In this document: positions 20,201-31,739 of the stretch, in pieces
Layout: every line of letters starts with the position of its first letter
How positions within the stretch are numbered: the stretch's first letter is position 1
Assembly: GCA_049840735.1 (NCBI GenBank)
Contig: JASGJN010000014.1
Span: forward strand, 64,001 to 128,000
Source of the DNA: Anaeromyxobacter sp.
GTDB taxonomy: Bacteria > Myxococcota > Myxococcia > Myxococcales > Anaeromyxobacteraceae
Length of the DNA: 64,000 bases
Direction of reading: 5' to 3'
Program-made: the position numbers and the translations under genes
The notes under the pieces: generated by a model
Told to the model about the DNA's origin: nothing
What the model saw: the letters and a program-made list of their open reading frames with translations, nothing else
Database searches by the model: none

Positions 20201-22580
20201 CACACCGCGCAGGTGGAGAGCGAGAAGCGCGAGGTGCGAGAGCAGCGCTTCCGCTACGGCAAGAAGGAGCAGGAGGACCTGGAGGCCCGGAAGGAGCAGC
20301 TCCGCGAGATCGGTGAGGTGCCCCGATTCCTGCCGGCCCTGTTCTGCTCACCGACGATGGAGCTGGGCGTCGATATCTCGGCGCTCAACGCCGTCTACCT
20401 GCGCAACATCCCGCCGACGCCGGCCAACTACGCCCAGCGGAGCGGCCGCGCCGGCCGCAGCGGGCAAGCGGCGCTGGTGCTGACCTACTGCGCCGCGCTC
20501 AGCCCCCATGACCAGTACTTTTTCCGCGAGCCCAAGCTGATGGTCCACGGCGAGGTACGCCCACCGCTCCTCGATCTCGCGAACCAGGAGCTGGTCGAGA
20601 GCCACCTCCAGGCCATCTGGCTGGCCTGCACACGCGAGCCGCTCGAATCCGGCCATCTCGCACCTGCTGGTACTCGACGACCCGAAGCGCCCACTCCGGC
20701 CCGAGCTTCGGGAGCAGATGGCCAAGCCGGGAGATCACCGCCGAGGCGACGCGGCGCATCCGGCGCGTGCTCGAGATGCTCGAAAGCGAGCTCACCGAGA
20801 GGCGCGCTCCCTGGTATCCGGGGAAGGAGGCGTTTGCATCTAGGGTCGCGGCGGGAGCACTCGCGGCCTTCGAGCAGGCCTTCAGCCGGTGGCGGGACCT
20901 GCTTCTCGCGGCCGAGAGCCAGATGGCCTCCGCCAACGCAATCAACATCAGCCACACCGCGCGCCCCGAGGAGAAGAAGGCTGCCAAGAGCCGCTACCTG
21001 CAGGGCCTCGACCAGATGAACCTGCTGAAGCAGGGGACCAACAACCTCTCGAGTGACTTCTACACGTACCGGTATCTCGCCACCGAGGGGTTCCTCCCCG
21101 GCTACAACTTCCCCCGCCTGCCGCTCATGGCCTACGTGCCGGCCTCAACCGACGGCAGCGGTGGCAAGCAGACCTTCCTGCAGCGGCCGCGCTTCCTGGC
21201 GCTCTCCGAGTTCGGTCCGCGCAGCCTCGTCTACCACGAGGGGCGCGCTTACCGCGTGGTTCGGGCCCTCCTTTCGCTCTCCGGGCTCGATGCCACCACG
21301 CCCAATGCCGAGCTGCCCACGAAGTCGGTGCGCATCTGCCGGAGCTGCGGCGCCGGCCACTTCACGCCGGAGCGCTCCACCTGTCACGGATGCGGCGTGT
21401 CGCTCGGCGACGCTGAGCTGGTGAACCACGTCTTCCGCATCGAGAACGTGGCCACGCAGCAGGCCGAGCGGATCACGGCCAACGACGAGGAGCGCCAGCG
21501 CCAGGGATTCGAGCTGCAGACCACCTTCCAGTGGGCCGAGCGCGACGGTGACGTGGACGTCCGCAAGGGCGTGGCGGCCGACTCTGACGGAGAAATCCTG
21601 CGGATCGGCTACGGCCCGGGCGCCACCATCACCCGCGTCAACAAGGGGCTCCGCCGCCGCGCCAACAAGAAGCAGCTCGGCTTCCGCATCGATCCGGTCT
21701 CCGGTTACTGGGCAAAGAACGAGGACGAGGACGACGAGAATCGCCAATCCGACCAAGGCGGCACGCCAGTCGATCGTTCCGAGCGTGGAGGATCGCAAGA
21801 ACGCGCTTCTCGTCCAGCCGGCCGAGGCCGACCTCGACGAGGTTACGCTCATCACCCTGCAGCACGCCTTCCTGCGCGGCATCGAGGCCGTCTTCCAGCT
21901 GGAGGAGGGCGAAATCATGGCCGAGGCCCATGCCGACCAAGGACGACCGGAACGGCTTCCTCCTCTATGAAGCCACCGAGGGCGGCGCCGGCGTGCTGAC
22001 CCGGCTGGTGTCGGACACCACGGTCATCCAGGACATCGCCAACGCGGCCCTGTCGATCATGCACTTCGACGTGTCGAACGGGCTCCCGGCCGAGCCGACG
22101 GCGCTCTCCGACAAGCCCGGGACCAGCTGCGTGGCCGCTTGCTACCGCTGCCTCATGTCCTACTTCAACCAGCCCGACCACGAGGGGCTGGACCGCCGCG
22201 ATCCCAAGGTGAAGGAGATCCTCCTCCGCCTGGCCGGCGCCTTCACGAGCGGCCTCATGGAGGAGGACGCGCCTGCGCCCACCGCCGCGGCCGCTGGCCC
22301 GTCAGGCCCGCCGGCAGCACAGGGGCAGGCCACCAGCGCCGTGCTCCAACGCTGGCTGGTGGAGGCCGCGGCACGCGGCCTCCCTCGCCCGGATGCCCAG
22401 CACGCGGACGGGGGCGGTCACCTCGTCTGGCGTGACTACTTCGTGGCCGCCATCATCGAACCGACCGATCCCGCCGTGATCGGCCGCCTCGCCGACAAGG
22501 GCTACCAGCTCCACCACTTCGGCGATCCCGCCACCTGGCCCCAAACGTTTGAGACGCTCTCGCAGGCGCTCGCCAACTGA
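17230..22580 (+). CDS. large DEAD/DEAH helicase with C-terminal DUF1998 (DrmA/DrmB- or DruE-like); frameshifts at ~17330, ~20650, ~21750, ~21925
   Basis: TGTGSGKS, YPMNALANSQ, LVLDELHTYRG, TSAT, SPTMELGVDI, YAQRSGRAGR; DUF1998 end YEATEGGAG...CVAACYRCLMSYFNQ. Confidence 0.88.
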
Positions 22581-22582
22581 CC

Positions 22583-25392
22583 ATGCCTACCTCCCAGTTC
22601 TCCCCCGGCAGCCTTGTTCGAGCCCGGGGCCGTGAGTTGATCGTCCTCTCCGGCAGCGACGAGGAGACGCTCCGGCTCCGCCCCGTCTTGGGTTCGGAGG
22701 AGGACGTGGCGTTCATCCACGTCCCGCTCGAGGCCGAGCCGGTCACCGACGCCACCTTCCCGGCACCGACGGCCGGGCAACGCGGCGGCCAGGACGCGGC
22801 GCTCCTTCTGCGAGATGCCCTGCTCCTCTCGCTTCGGCGCGGGGCTGGACCTTTCCGCAGCATCGGCCGAGATCGCCGTCGAGCCGCGCGCCTACCAGTT
22901 GGTGCCGCTCCTGATGGCCCTCAAGCAGGACCCGGTGCGGCTGCTCATCGCCGACGACGTCGGCATCGGCAAGACCATTGAGGCGGCCCTCATCGCCCGA
23001 GAGCTCCATGACCGGGGCGAGGCCGACCGCTTCACCGTGCTCTGCCCGCCGCACCTCGTGGATCGAGTGGATCACGGAGCTGGAGCACCGCTTCAACCTG
23101 CGGGCCGTCGCGGTCACCGCGGCCAGCGCCAGCCGCCTCGAGCGGACGATTCCAATCGGCGACTCCATCTTCCATGCCCACCCGTTCACGGTGGTCAGCC
23201 TCGACTACATCAAGAACCCGCGCCGGCGGGACGACTTCCTGCGCGCCTGCCCGGACCTCGTCATCGTGGACGAGGCCCATACCTGCGCGCCGACGGGCGC
23301 CATGCGCCACCTGCGCTACGAGCTGCTCAAGGGGCTAACGGCCTCGCCGACGCGAAGCCTCGTCATGCTCACCGCTACCCCGCACAGCGGCGACGAGGAC
23401 GCCTTCTACAAGCTGCTCGGTTTGCTCGACACGAAGTTCGAGGCGCTCGCCACCGCACAAGGGGAGGAGCAGAAGGCGCTGCGCGACCAGCTGTCGAATC
23501 ACTTCGTCCAGCGTCGCCGGCCGGACATCGACGAGTGGAAGGACGGCAGCCTGTTTCCAAGGCGTCAGGTGAAGGAGCTGACCTACCAGCTCAGCGGCGA
23601 GTGGGAGCGGTTCTTCGAGGCGGTGCTCGATTACTGCGCCGGCGTGGTCGAGGCGGCCGGCGGCGACGAGCGGCGCCAGCGGCTCAACTTCTGGGGAACG
23701 CTGGCGCTCATGCGCTGCGTGGCCTCCAGCCCCGCCGCCGCCGCGCAGGCGCTTCGCACCCGTGCTGGCCTGGAGAATAGGCCCGAGGAGGAGGAGGCCC
23801 TTCGCGACCGGCTCTTCGATGGCGGCGCCGACGCTCTGAGCGAGGACGACGTGGAGCCCCCCGCCACCGCCGAGGACGGCGCGCTGGCAAAGCTGATCCA
23901 GCAGGCCGAATCCCTGGCGGGGCAGTCCGGCGACCCGAAGCTGAAGCTCCTCACCACGCACCTCGAGCAGCTGGTCGCGGAGGGCTTCAGTCCGGTGGTC
24001 TTCTGCCGCTACATCGCCACCGCCCACTACCTCGGCCGCCACCTGCAAGGGAAGCTCAAGGGCGTTTCAGTGGACGTGGTCACCGGCGAGCTCACCTCGG
24101 ACGAGCGCAAGGAGAAGGTGGAGCTGCTGGGCGACGCCGAGCGCCGGCTGCTCGTCGCCACCGACTGCCTCTCCGAAGGCATCAACCTGCAGGACGCCTT
24201 CGACGCAGTGGTCCACTACGACCTCTCCTGGAACCCCACACGCCACGAGCAGCGCGAGGGGCGCGTCGATCGCTACGGCCAAAAGTCGAACCCGGTGCGC
24301 GCCACGCTCATGTACGGCGGCAACAACCCGGTGGACGGCGCGGTGCTGGAGGTCATCCTCCGCAAGGCCGCCAAGATCCGCGAGGAGCTGGGCGTCCCGG
24401 TGCCGCTGCCGGACGAGGGCCACACGCTGACCCAGGCACTCATGAAGGCCGTGCTGCTGCGCCACACCAAGGGCGGGAAGCAACGGCTCCTCGACTTCAG
24501 CGATACGCCGGAGGCCAAGGTCATCGACCAGAGCTGGACCGACGCGGCCCAGCGCGCCAAGGAGAACAAGACGATGTTCGCCCAGCGGCGGCTGAAGCCG
24601 GCCGACGTGCTGCCCGAATGGGAGCGGACGCGCGCTGCCCTGGGGGACGCCCGCGACGTGCAACGCTTCGCCGATCGGGCGCTGGCCCGTTTCAACTCGG
24701 GTCTGCAGTCGCTCGGGAAGCGTGGCTTCAAAGCCCCGCTCGACGGTCTTCCCGAGGATTTGCGAGAGCGGCTCGAGGCGGAAGGGCTCAGCGGCACACC
24801 ACTCCTCGACTTCGTCTACCCGCCCGCCGCCCGCTGCCGCCCGGTGATGCGCAGCCATCCGCTGGTCTCCATCCTGGCCGAGACTCTCCTCGAGCGGACC
24901 CTGGCCGCCGCGGGCGTGGCGCCGGAAGAGGACAAGTTCGACCCAGCCGTGCTGGGGCGCGTTGGCTGCTGGATCAGCGCCGGCGTCACCGAGCAGACCA
25001 CCGTGGCGCTCCTGCGCCTCCGCCACCAGCTCGCTTCCGGCCGCGGCGCTGGGCAGTCCACCATTCTCGTGGAAGAGGCGGTAGCGCTGGCCTGGGTTGG
25101 AGCGTTATCACCAGGCCTGCTGGAGGGGAGCGAGGCGCTGGCGCTCCTCTGGAACGACGCGGCCGGCGATCCCAAGGGCAACACCCCCAAGCTCCGGATC
25201 GAAGAGGCGGTCGCGCTCCTCGGCACCCGTACCGCCGACCTGAAGGCCTTTGCAAAGCGGCGGGCCCAGGCTCTGCTCGAGGATCACCGCCGCGTCCGCG
25301 AGGCCTCCGACGCCCGCGGCTCCTGGACGGTCAAGGCCCTCCTCCCGGCTGACGTCATCGGCCTCTTCGTCCTGCTGCCCAAGGAGCGCTGA
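22583..25392 (+). CDS. SNF2-family helicase (DrmD-like); frameshifts at ~22865 and ~23065
   Basis: [61 protein letters not shown]. Confidence 0.9.
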
Positions 25393-25394
25393 AC

Positions 25395-28300
25395 ATGGCC
25401 CCGCGAAAGAAGCTGCGTCAGCGCGAGGCCCAGCTCGCCTTCGAGGCCCTCTCCATCGAAGGGAGCCTGATCTCGCCGGAGTGGCTGGCCAAGGTAGCGC
25501 AGCTCGGCGCCGGCCACCAGGCCGAGGCCGACTACCGCATCCCCAAGGGGCTCAACCTCCGCGACGAGATCGGCCGGTACTGGCGCATGGCACAGGCCCA
25601 CTGGGCCGACTTCGCCCGCGCCTGGTCGGTAGGAACCGCCGGGAAGCCTGTCGCGGAGCAGTTCGTGACCGCGCTCCTGAGGGACTGCTTCGCCTTCGGG
25701 TCGCTGGTGGCCAAGGAGCCCGTTGCGAAGGGCGAGCGGATTCATCCGATCGGCTGGACCGCGCTGGAAGGGCGCGTGCCTGTGGTCATCGTGGCGCCGC
25801 GCCCGCCGGGCGACCCGGCCACCGCCCGCAGGAGCGCCCTCGACGATCTCTCACCCGACCTGGGCGACGAGGGCCGCCGCCGCAGCGCGTTCGGCCTGGC
25901 GCAGGAGTACCTCAACGCCGAGGACGATGCGCTCTGGGCCATCGCTTGCGACGGCCTGACCCTGCGGATCTGCCGCGACAACGCCTCGCTCACTCGCCCG
26001 GCTTGGGTCGAGGCGGACCTGGCGCGCCTCTTCACCGAGGAGCGCTACGCCGACTTCGCCGCTCTCTGGCTCCTGGCTCACGAGTCCCGCTTCGGCGCCG
26101 CTGGCCAGCCGGCATCCGCTTGTCACCTGGAGGCCTGGCGTAGCGCAGGCCGCGAAGAGGGGACGCGTGCGCGCGAGTTCCTGCGTGACGGCGTGGAGGA
26201 GGCGCTCAAGGCGCTCGGCAAGGGTTTCCTCGCGAACCCCGAGAATCAGGCGCTCCGGACTGCGCTCCACGACGGCACGCTCTCGCAAATCGGCTTCTTC
26301 CAGGAGCTGCTCCGGCTCGCCTACCGACTCATCTTCCTGCTCACCGCCGAGGAGCGCGAGCTGCTCCACCCTGAGGGCGTGTCGGACGCCGTGAAGGCTC
26401 GCTACGCGCACGGCTACTCGGTGCGCCGCCTGCGCGACCGCTCGGTGAAGCGGAGCGCCCACGACCGGTTCGGTGACCTGTGGGAGGGGCTGAACATCGT
26501 CCTCCGGGGCGCGGGTGCCGGCGAGCCGCGCCTCGGCCTTCCAGCGCTCGGCGGACTCTTTGCTCCTGACCAATGCCCGCATCTCGACGCCGCTCGGCTC
26601 GAGAACCGGGCGCTCCTGACCGCCGTCTTCCGGCTCTCCTGGCTCAAGGGCGAGGCTGGGCTGACGCGCGTGAACTGGCGCGACATGGGACCCGAAGAGC
26701 TGGGGAGCGTCTACGAGAGTCTCCTCGAGCTGGTTCCGGTCATCCCGCCCGACTACCGAGGCTTCTCCTTCGCCACCGGGGACGACACCAAGGGGAACGC
26801 GCGCAAGACCACCGGCAGCTACTACACACCGGACAGCCTGGTGCAGGTGCTGCTCGACAGCGCTCTCGAGCCGGTGGTGAAGGAGACCATCGCTAAAAAC
26901 CCGGGGAATCCGGCGGAGGCGCTGCTCCAACTCACCGTCGTAGACCCAGCCTGCGGCAGCGGCCACTTCCTGCTGGCGGCCGCGCGGCGGCTCGCTATCC
27001 ACGTGGCGCGGCTCCAGGCCAACGGTACGCCCTCGGCGGCCGAGTACCGCCACGCGCTGCGCCAGGTGGCGAGCCGCTGCCTTTTCGGCGTGGACCTGAA
27101 CCCCATGGCAGTGGAGCTGTGTCGAGTGGGCCTCTGGATGGAGGCCGTCGAGCCCGGGAGGCCGCTGTCGTTCCTCGACGCGCACATCCAGCGTGGCAAC
27201 GCGCTCCTCGGCGCGACGCCAGAGTTGATGGCAAAGGGGATCCCCGACGAGGCGTTCGAGGCGATCGAGGGGGACGACAAGAAGACGGCGAGCCTTCTCA
27301 AGAAGAAGAACAAGGCTGCGGCGGAAGGGCAGCGCGGGCTGGATGCGCTCTGGTCGAAGCCGGCAGAGGCCGAGTCGGCGGAGGTCTCGAAGGCGGTCGC
27401 TGCCTTGGAGGCCGCGCCAGACGCCAGCCTCGAGGAGGTCGCGGGCAAAGAAGCGCAGTGGGAGGGGCTCCAGCGCTCCTTCGCCTTTACCCACCAGAAG
27501 TTCATCGCTGACGCCTGGTGTGCCGCGTTCGTGTGGCCCAAGCCGCCCACGGACCCCAAGAAGTCGGATCCGGTCGTCTCGGCGGCGCCCACCAACGACC
27601 TCTGGCGGCAGATCAGGGACGGCCAGGGGAAGCCGCCGGCAGAGACTGTGAAGACCGTCGCGGAGCTCACGAGCCAGTACCACTTCTTCCACTGGCACTT
27701 GTCTTTCCCGCAGGTCTTCGCGCGCGGCGGGTTCGATGTGGTCCTCGGGAATCCGCCTTGGGAACGAGTCAAGTTGTCAGAACAGGAGTTCTTCGCGTCG
27801 CGAAGCGACGCCATCGCCCTTGCGTCGAACGCCGCGCAACGTAAGAAGTTGATCGCTGCGCTTCCGAGCGAGGACCCGACTCTTTGGCGCGAATGGTCGT
27901 CCGCAAGCAGAACAGCGGTGGGACTGAGTCACTTCGTTCGCGAATCAGACAGGTATCCACTATGCGGTAAGGGGGACGTGAACCTGTATGCCCTATTCGC
28001 TGAGCACAACATTTCCGTGCTTCGCTCGGGTGCCCGTGCAGGGTTCATCGCTCCGACCGGAATCGCCACCGACGATACGACAAAGGCTTACTTCCAGATG
28101 CTTGTCGAAACCCGCCGCCTGCGGTCGCTCTATGACTTCCAGAGCGGCCCGGGTCTGTTCGGCGAAATCGGGCATGGAACGTTCAAGTTCTCGCTGGTGA
28201 CGGTATCAGCAGATTCGGATCCGACGCCAGCGAGCCTATCGTTCTATGCGCGATCGGTGCGTGAGGCGCTCTCGTCCGAGAAGGTGTTCTCCCTGGCCTC

Positions 28301-29444
28301 AGAGGACATCGAAGCCCTAAACCCAAACACAAGAACGTGTCCGACCTTCAGGTCGCACCGAGACGCGGTGCTTAACCTGCTGATCTACAGGCGAACAGGC
28401 GTTCTTTGGGACGAGGAAGCGGACGCCGGCAACTTCTGGCGCCTTCGCTTCCTGCGGATGTTCGACATGACGAACGACGCAGGGATGTTCCTCGACTCGC
28501 GCGCACTTTCGTCGAAGGCGGTTCAAGGTCAGCGCGTGATCCCGCTACTCGAAGCGAAGATGGTCCACCAGTTCGACCATCGCTACGGCGACTACAAAGA
28601 CCAGCCAGAGGGTAGCGAGAATCTAAGTCTTCCAGACGTTACTTTGGACCGGCTCGTCGATCCCGCATACGCACCGCAGCCACGCTACTGGGTACTCGAG
28701 CACGAATGCGAGCAGCGGCTGGAAGGTTGGCAGCGCGGATGGCTTCTGGGTTGGCGCGACATCAGCAAGACGCAGAACGAGCGGACCTGCGTCGCTTCAC
28801 TTCTTCCCCGGGTGGCGGTCGCCAACAACTTCCCTCTCGCACTGACCGACGCTGAGCCCAAGCTCGTCGCCTGCCTATACGCCAACTTGTCTGCGGCTGC
28901 CTTCGACTACTGCGTGCGCCAGAAGGCCGGCGGAACACATCTTAACTACTTCATCCTAAAGCAACTGCCTGTCCTCCACCCCGACATCTACGCAGCATCG
29001 TGCACGTGGGGAGTAGCGGATACGGTCCGGGACTGGGCACTACAGCGAATCCTAGAGCTGACGTACACAGCTTGGAGCCTTGAACCCTTTGCGAAGGACA
29101 TCGGATACGACGGCCCGCCCTTCCGCTGGGCTCCGGAGCGCCGCTTCCTGCTCCGCGCCGAACTCGACGCCGCCTTCTTCCACCTCTACGGTATCTCGCG
29201 CGACGACGCCGACTACATCCTCGAGACCTTCCCGATCGTAAAGAAGAACGACGAGAAGGCTCACGGCGAGTACCGGACCAAGCGCGTCATCCTCGAGATC
29301 TACGAGGCGATAGCAGAGGCGATCCGGACGAGGAAGCCGTACCAGACGCGGCTCGACCCGCCACCGTCCGATCCGAGGGTGGCGCATCCGGCGAGGTCGG
29401 GATCGAGGCCGGCCAGCGCTGGTAGGTCGTCGGGAAGGGGGTAG
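25395..29444 (+). CDS. Eco57I/type IIG-like N6-adenine DNA methyltransferase (DrmMI-like)
   Basis: EELGSVYESLL, RKTTGSYYTP, DPACGSGHFL, FDVVLGNPPW. Confidence 0.92.
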   Translation: MAPRKKLRQREAQLAFEALSIEGSLISPEWLAKVAQLGAGHQAEADYRIPKGLNLRDEIGRYWRMAQAHWADFARAWSVGTAGKPVAEQFVTALLRDCFAFGSLVAKEPVAKGERIHPIGWTALEGRVPVVIVAPRPPGDPATARRSALDDLSPDLGDEGRRRSAFGLAQEYLNAEDDALWAIACDGLTLRICRDNASLTRPAWVEADLARLFTEERYADFAALWLLAHESRFGAAGQPASACHLEAWRSAGREEGTRAREFLRDGVEEALKALGKGFLANPENQALRTALHDGTLSQIGFFQELLRLAYRLIFLLTAEERELLHPEGVSDAVKARYAHGYSVRRLRDRSVKRSAHDRFGDLWEGLNIVLRGAGAGEPRLGLPALGGLFAPDQCPHLDAARLENRALLTAVFRLSWLKGEAGLTRVNWRDMGPEELGSVYESLLELVPVIPPDYRGFSFATGDDTKGNARKTTGSYYTPDSLVQVLLDSALEPVVKETIAKNPGNPAEALLQLTVVDPACGSGHFLLAAARRLAIHVARLQANGTPSAAEYRHALRQVASRCLFGVDLNPMAVELCRVGLWMEAVEPGRPLSFLDAHIQRGNALLGATPELMAKGIPDEAFEAIEGDDKKTASLLKKKNKAAAEGQRGLDALWSKPAEAESAEVSKAVAALEAAPDASLEEVAGKEAQWEGLQRSFAFTHQKFIADAWCAAFVWPKPPTDPKKSDPVVSAAPTNDLWRQIRDGQGKPPAETVKTVAELTSQYHFFHWHLSFPQVFARGGFDVVLGNPPWERVKLSEQEFFASRSDAIALASNAAQRKKLIAALPSEDPTLWREWSSASRTAVGLSHFVRESDRYPLCGKGDVNLYALFAEHNISVLRSGARAGFIAPTGIATDDTTKAYFQMLVETRRLRSLYDFQSGPGLFGEIGHGTFKFSLVTVSADSDPTPASLSFYARSVREALSSEKVFSLASEDIEALNPNTRTCPTFRSHRDAVLNLLIYRRTGVLWDEEADAGNFWRLRFLRMFDMTNDAGMFLDSRALSSKAVQGQRVIPLLEAKMVHQFDHRYGDYKDQPEGSENLSLPDVTLDRLVDPAYAPQPRYWVLEHECEQRLEGWQRGWLLGWRDISKTQNERTCVASLLPRVAVANNFPLALTDAEPKLVACLYANLSAAAFDYCVRQKAGGTHLNYFILKQLPVLHPDIYAASCTWGVADTVRDWALQRILELTYTAWSLEPFAKDIGYDGPPFRWAPERRFLLRAELDAAFFHLYGISRDDADYILETFPIVKKNDEKAHGEYRTKRVILEIYEAIAEAIRTRKPYQTRLDPPPSDPRVAHPARSGSRPASAGRSSGRG

Positions 29445-29446
29445 GA

Positions 29447-30805
29447 ATGAACACGCCGAAGCTCAGCAAGCCAGATGATGTAGTGCCCTGCCTGGAGCAC
29501 CTGCTCAAGACGGTGGGCGGTGCAGTTCCTCACGATGCTTCGGCGAGGCTAAAGACGGCCTTCGCCCCGTCTCGGGAAGGCAATCCGGAGTTCCTAAGCG
29601 GGCTCTGGCAATTCGCACAGAGCTCAGTCGAGCCGAGGCGATCGGAGTACAGCAACCTTCAGCTGGATGATCGGTCCCTTGCAACGCCCGAGGCCATCAG
29701 CATGATCGGGCAGCTCGTGGCCGGGCCAATCGAGTCGCGGGGCATTTCCCTGCCGAAGCTCTCCACGCCCTCTGTAACGAAGGTTCTGGGACGATGGAAC
29801 AACGAGCGCACCGAGTTCTCCGGGTGGCCAGAGTGGGTCGTGACATTTCCGGTGGAGCGGCCGAACAGCGGGCGCCCCATCCCGCCTTCGGAGCCTGTAG
29901 TTGGCAAGGGGATGCGTCCGTACGCCTCCGGAGTCCAGGCCGTTCTCGACTGGGTCTGGGGCCGAGGCGGTAGCGAGAACCACCTGCCGCACGAGAACTC
30001 GCTTGTCGTCGTGGTACCCGACTACCGGTGCCGGATCAAATCAGCCGAGTGGCGGCGGGGAAGGGTCCTGGCTGTCGTCGAGGGACCGGAGGAGGCTCTT
30101 GAGCTTCAGGTTCTCGCTTACGCGAGCGGCGGCCATTCTCCAAGCTCCCCACTGACAGAGCTGCCGCGCGGCGAGACCTTGGAAGTTGCGGTCCCCTCGG
30201 AAACCGAGAGGGTGGAGTTGTACCTTGTTCGCTCTTCCGGGGAGTTGGCCAGCCACGTCGTTTTGCACTCGGCGGGCGAGGAGTTCGAGGCGAATCCCGG
30301 ACGCCCCACCGTTGAGGAGCAGGCACGCGCTGACCTGCGGGGAGAGGGTCAGCACGTGGAGTTCAAGCCATTCATAGAGCCCAAGCATCAGAAGGAGCAC
30401 GAAGTCGTCAAGTCGATCGTGGCCTTCTCAAACACAGAGGGTGGTCGCCTCTACATCGGGGTTACGAAGGACGGAGTGCCGGAAGGAGATGCAGCCCTTC
30501 GCCGCGTCGCTAAGGCCGACGGAGAAGCCGCGATCAAGAAGCTCGTCGACTGGGTAAGGAGCCTGGCCGCCGAAAAGGTCAAGCCAGACCCGGACCTAGA
30601 AGTACAGGTCATTCGCGTGTCCGGCGAGGCGGTCATCCTCGTGTCGATCGCCGCGGGTACCTCGCCGCCGTACTCGACCCACGCCAACGATGTCTTCATC
30701 CGAAGCGGAGCAACCAACCGGAAGCCTGATCCTCGCACCGAGTTGCCGCACCTCGGGGAGGCGCGCCGGGGAGCATTGCTAACGGAGTTCGGTGATCGAT
30801 TCTAG
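29447..30805 (+). CDS. Schlafen/AlbA_2 domain protein with uncharacterised N-terminal region
   Basis: C-terminal GEGQHVEFK...KSIVAFSNTEGGRLYIGV.KDG...FIRSGA. Confidence 0.85.
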   Translation: MNTPKLSKPDDVVPCLEHLLKTVGGAVPHDASARLKTAFAPSREGNPEFLSGLWQFAQSSVEPRRSEYSNLQLDDRSLATPEAISMIGQLVAGPIESRGISLPKLSTPSVTKVLGRWNNERTEFSGWPEWVVTFPVERPNSGRPIPPSEPVVGKGMRPYASGVQAVLDWVWGRGGSENHLPHENSLVVVVPDYRCRIKSAEWRRGRVLAVVEGPEEALELQVLAYASGGHSPSSPLTELPRGETLEVAVPSETERVELYLVRSSGELASHVVLHSAGEEFEANPGRPTVEEQARADLRGEGQHVEFKPFIEPKHQKEHEVVKSIVAFSNTEGGRLYIGVTKDGVPEGDAALRRVAKADGEAAIKKLVDWVRSLAAEKVKPDPDLEVQVIRVSGEAVILVSIAAGTSPPYSTHANDVFIRSGATNRKPDPRTELPHLGEARRGALLTEFGDRF

Positions 30806-30815
30806 GGAGCGCTCA

Positions 30816-31739
30816 ATGCCAAACGCGTTAGTTCTCGACGACCCGTGGTCTCGGATCGGCTCCGCGTGCAGGACGAGCCGCGCCTACGCCGCCGTGGCCT
30901 ACATCGGCAAGGGCGCGACGCGGCTGCTCCCGCTTCGCGCCGGCAGCAAGCTGGTCGTCGATGCGAGTGAGGCGGCCGTTCGCTCCGGCCAGACCGATCC
31001 CCGGGAGTTGCTGAAGTTCTTTCGCAAGGGCGTCGACGTCTTCTCGCAGCCCAGGCTGCACGCCAAGGTATTCGTCTTCTCGAAGGTCGCGTTCGTGGGC
31101 TCGAACAACGTTTCGAGCCATTCGGCGAACGTTCTCGTCGAGGCGGCTGTCGCCCTGCGCACGACGGCTGCCGTCGCCCAGGCCCGACGCTTCGTGCTGG
31201 ACGTGGCGAAGTCGCCGATGGGCGAGGAGTTCCTCAAGAAGCTGGTGAAGATTTACCGTCCTCCTCGTGTCCCCGTCGCGGGCCGGCAGCGCCGCAGACG
31301 CGGTGTCACGAGGGAGGAACTCCTCGCCGAGGCCAAGCCGCTGCGCCTGATCCACCTTGTGCCGGCTGACTGGGGTGAGTCCGAGTTTCGGGCGGACGAA
31401 GCCGGGCGCAAGATCGCGGAGAAGCGCAAGACCCGGGGGTTCAAGCTCGATAGCTTCGGGTGGAAGCGGTGGGCACACGACGGCCTCGACGAAGAGATCG
31501 TCATGATGGTGAAGCGCAGCCCTCACCACATCACGTTAGACCCGCCCGGCCGCGTCCTCGCGGCCAAGAAGGTGGGCCGTTCGAACCTGTCCATCGTCCA
31601 GATCGAGTTGCCGCCGAAGTACAAGCGGAAGATGGGGGTTGTGAGGAAGCGGCTACCGCGGGCTACCTTGAAGCGCCTGCAGCGCTCCGGGCGCCTCGCG
31701 CCGAAGCACGCGGCTGCGGTGCGGGGACTCTGGGCGTGA
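30816..31739 (+). CDS. phospholipase-D-family nuclease (DrmC/BfiI-like)
   Basis: AVAY, RLHAKVFVF, FVGSNNVS, VEAAV. Confidence 0.85.
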   Translation: MPNALVLDDPWSRIGSACRTSRAYAAVAYIGKGATRLLPLRAGSKLVVDASEAAVRSGQTDPRELLKFFRKGVDVFSQPRLHAKVFVFSKVAFVGSNNVSSHSANVLVEAAVALRTTAAVAQARRFVLDVAKSPMGEEFLKKLVKIYRPPRVPVAGRQRRRRGVTREELLAEAKPLRLIHLVPADWGESEFRADEAGRKIAEKRKTRGFKLDSFGWKRWAHDGLDEEIVMMVKRSPHHITLDPPGRVLAAKKVGRSNLSIVQIELPPKYKRKMGVVRKRLPRATLKRLQRSGRLAPKHAAAVRGLWA

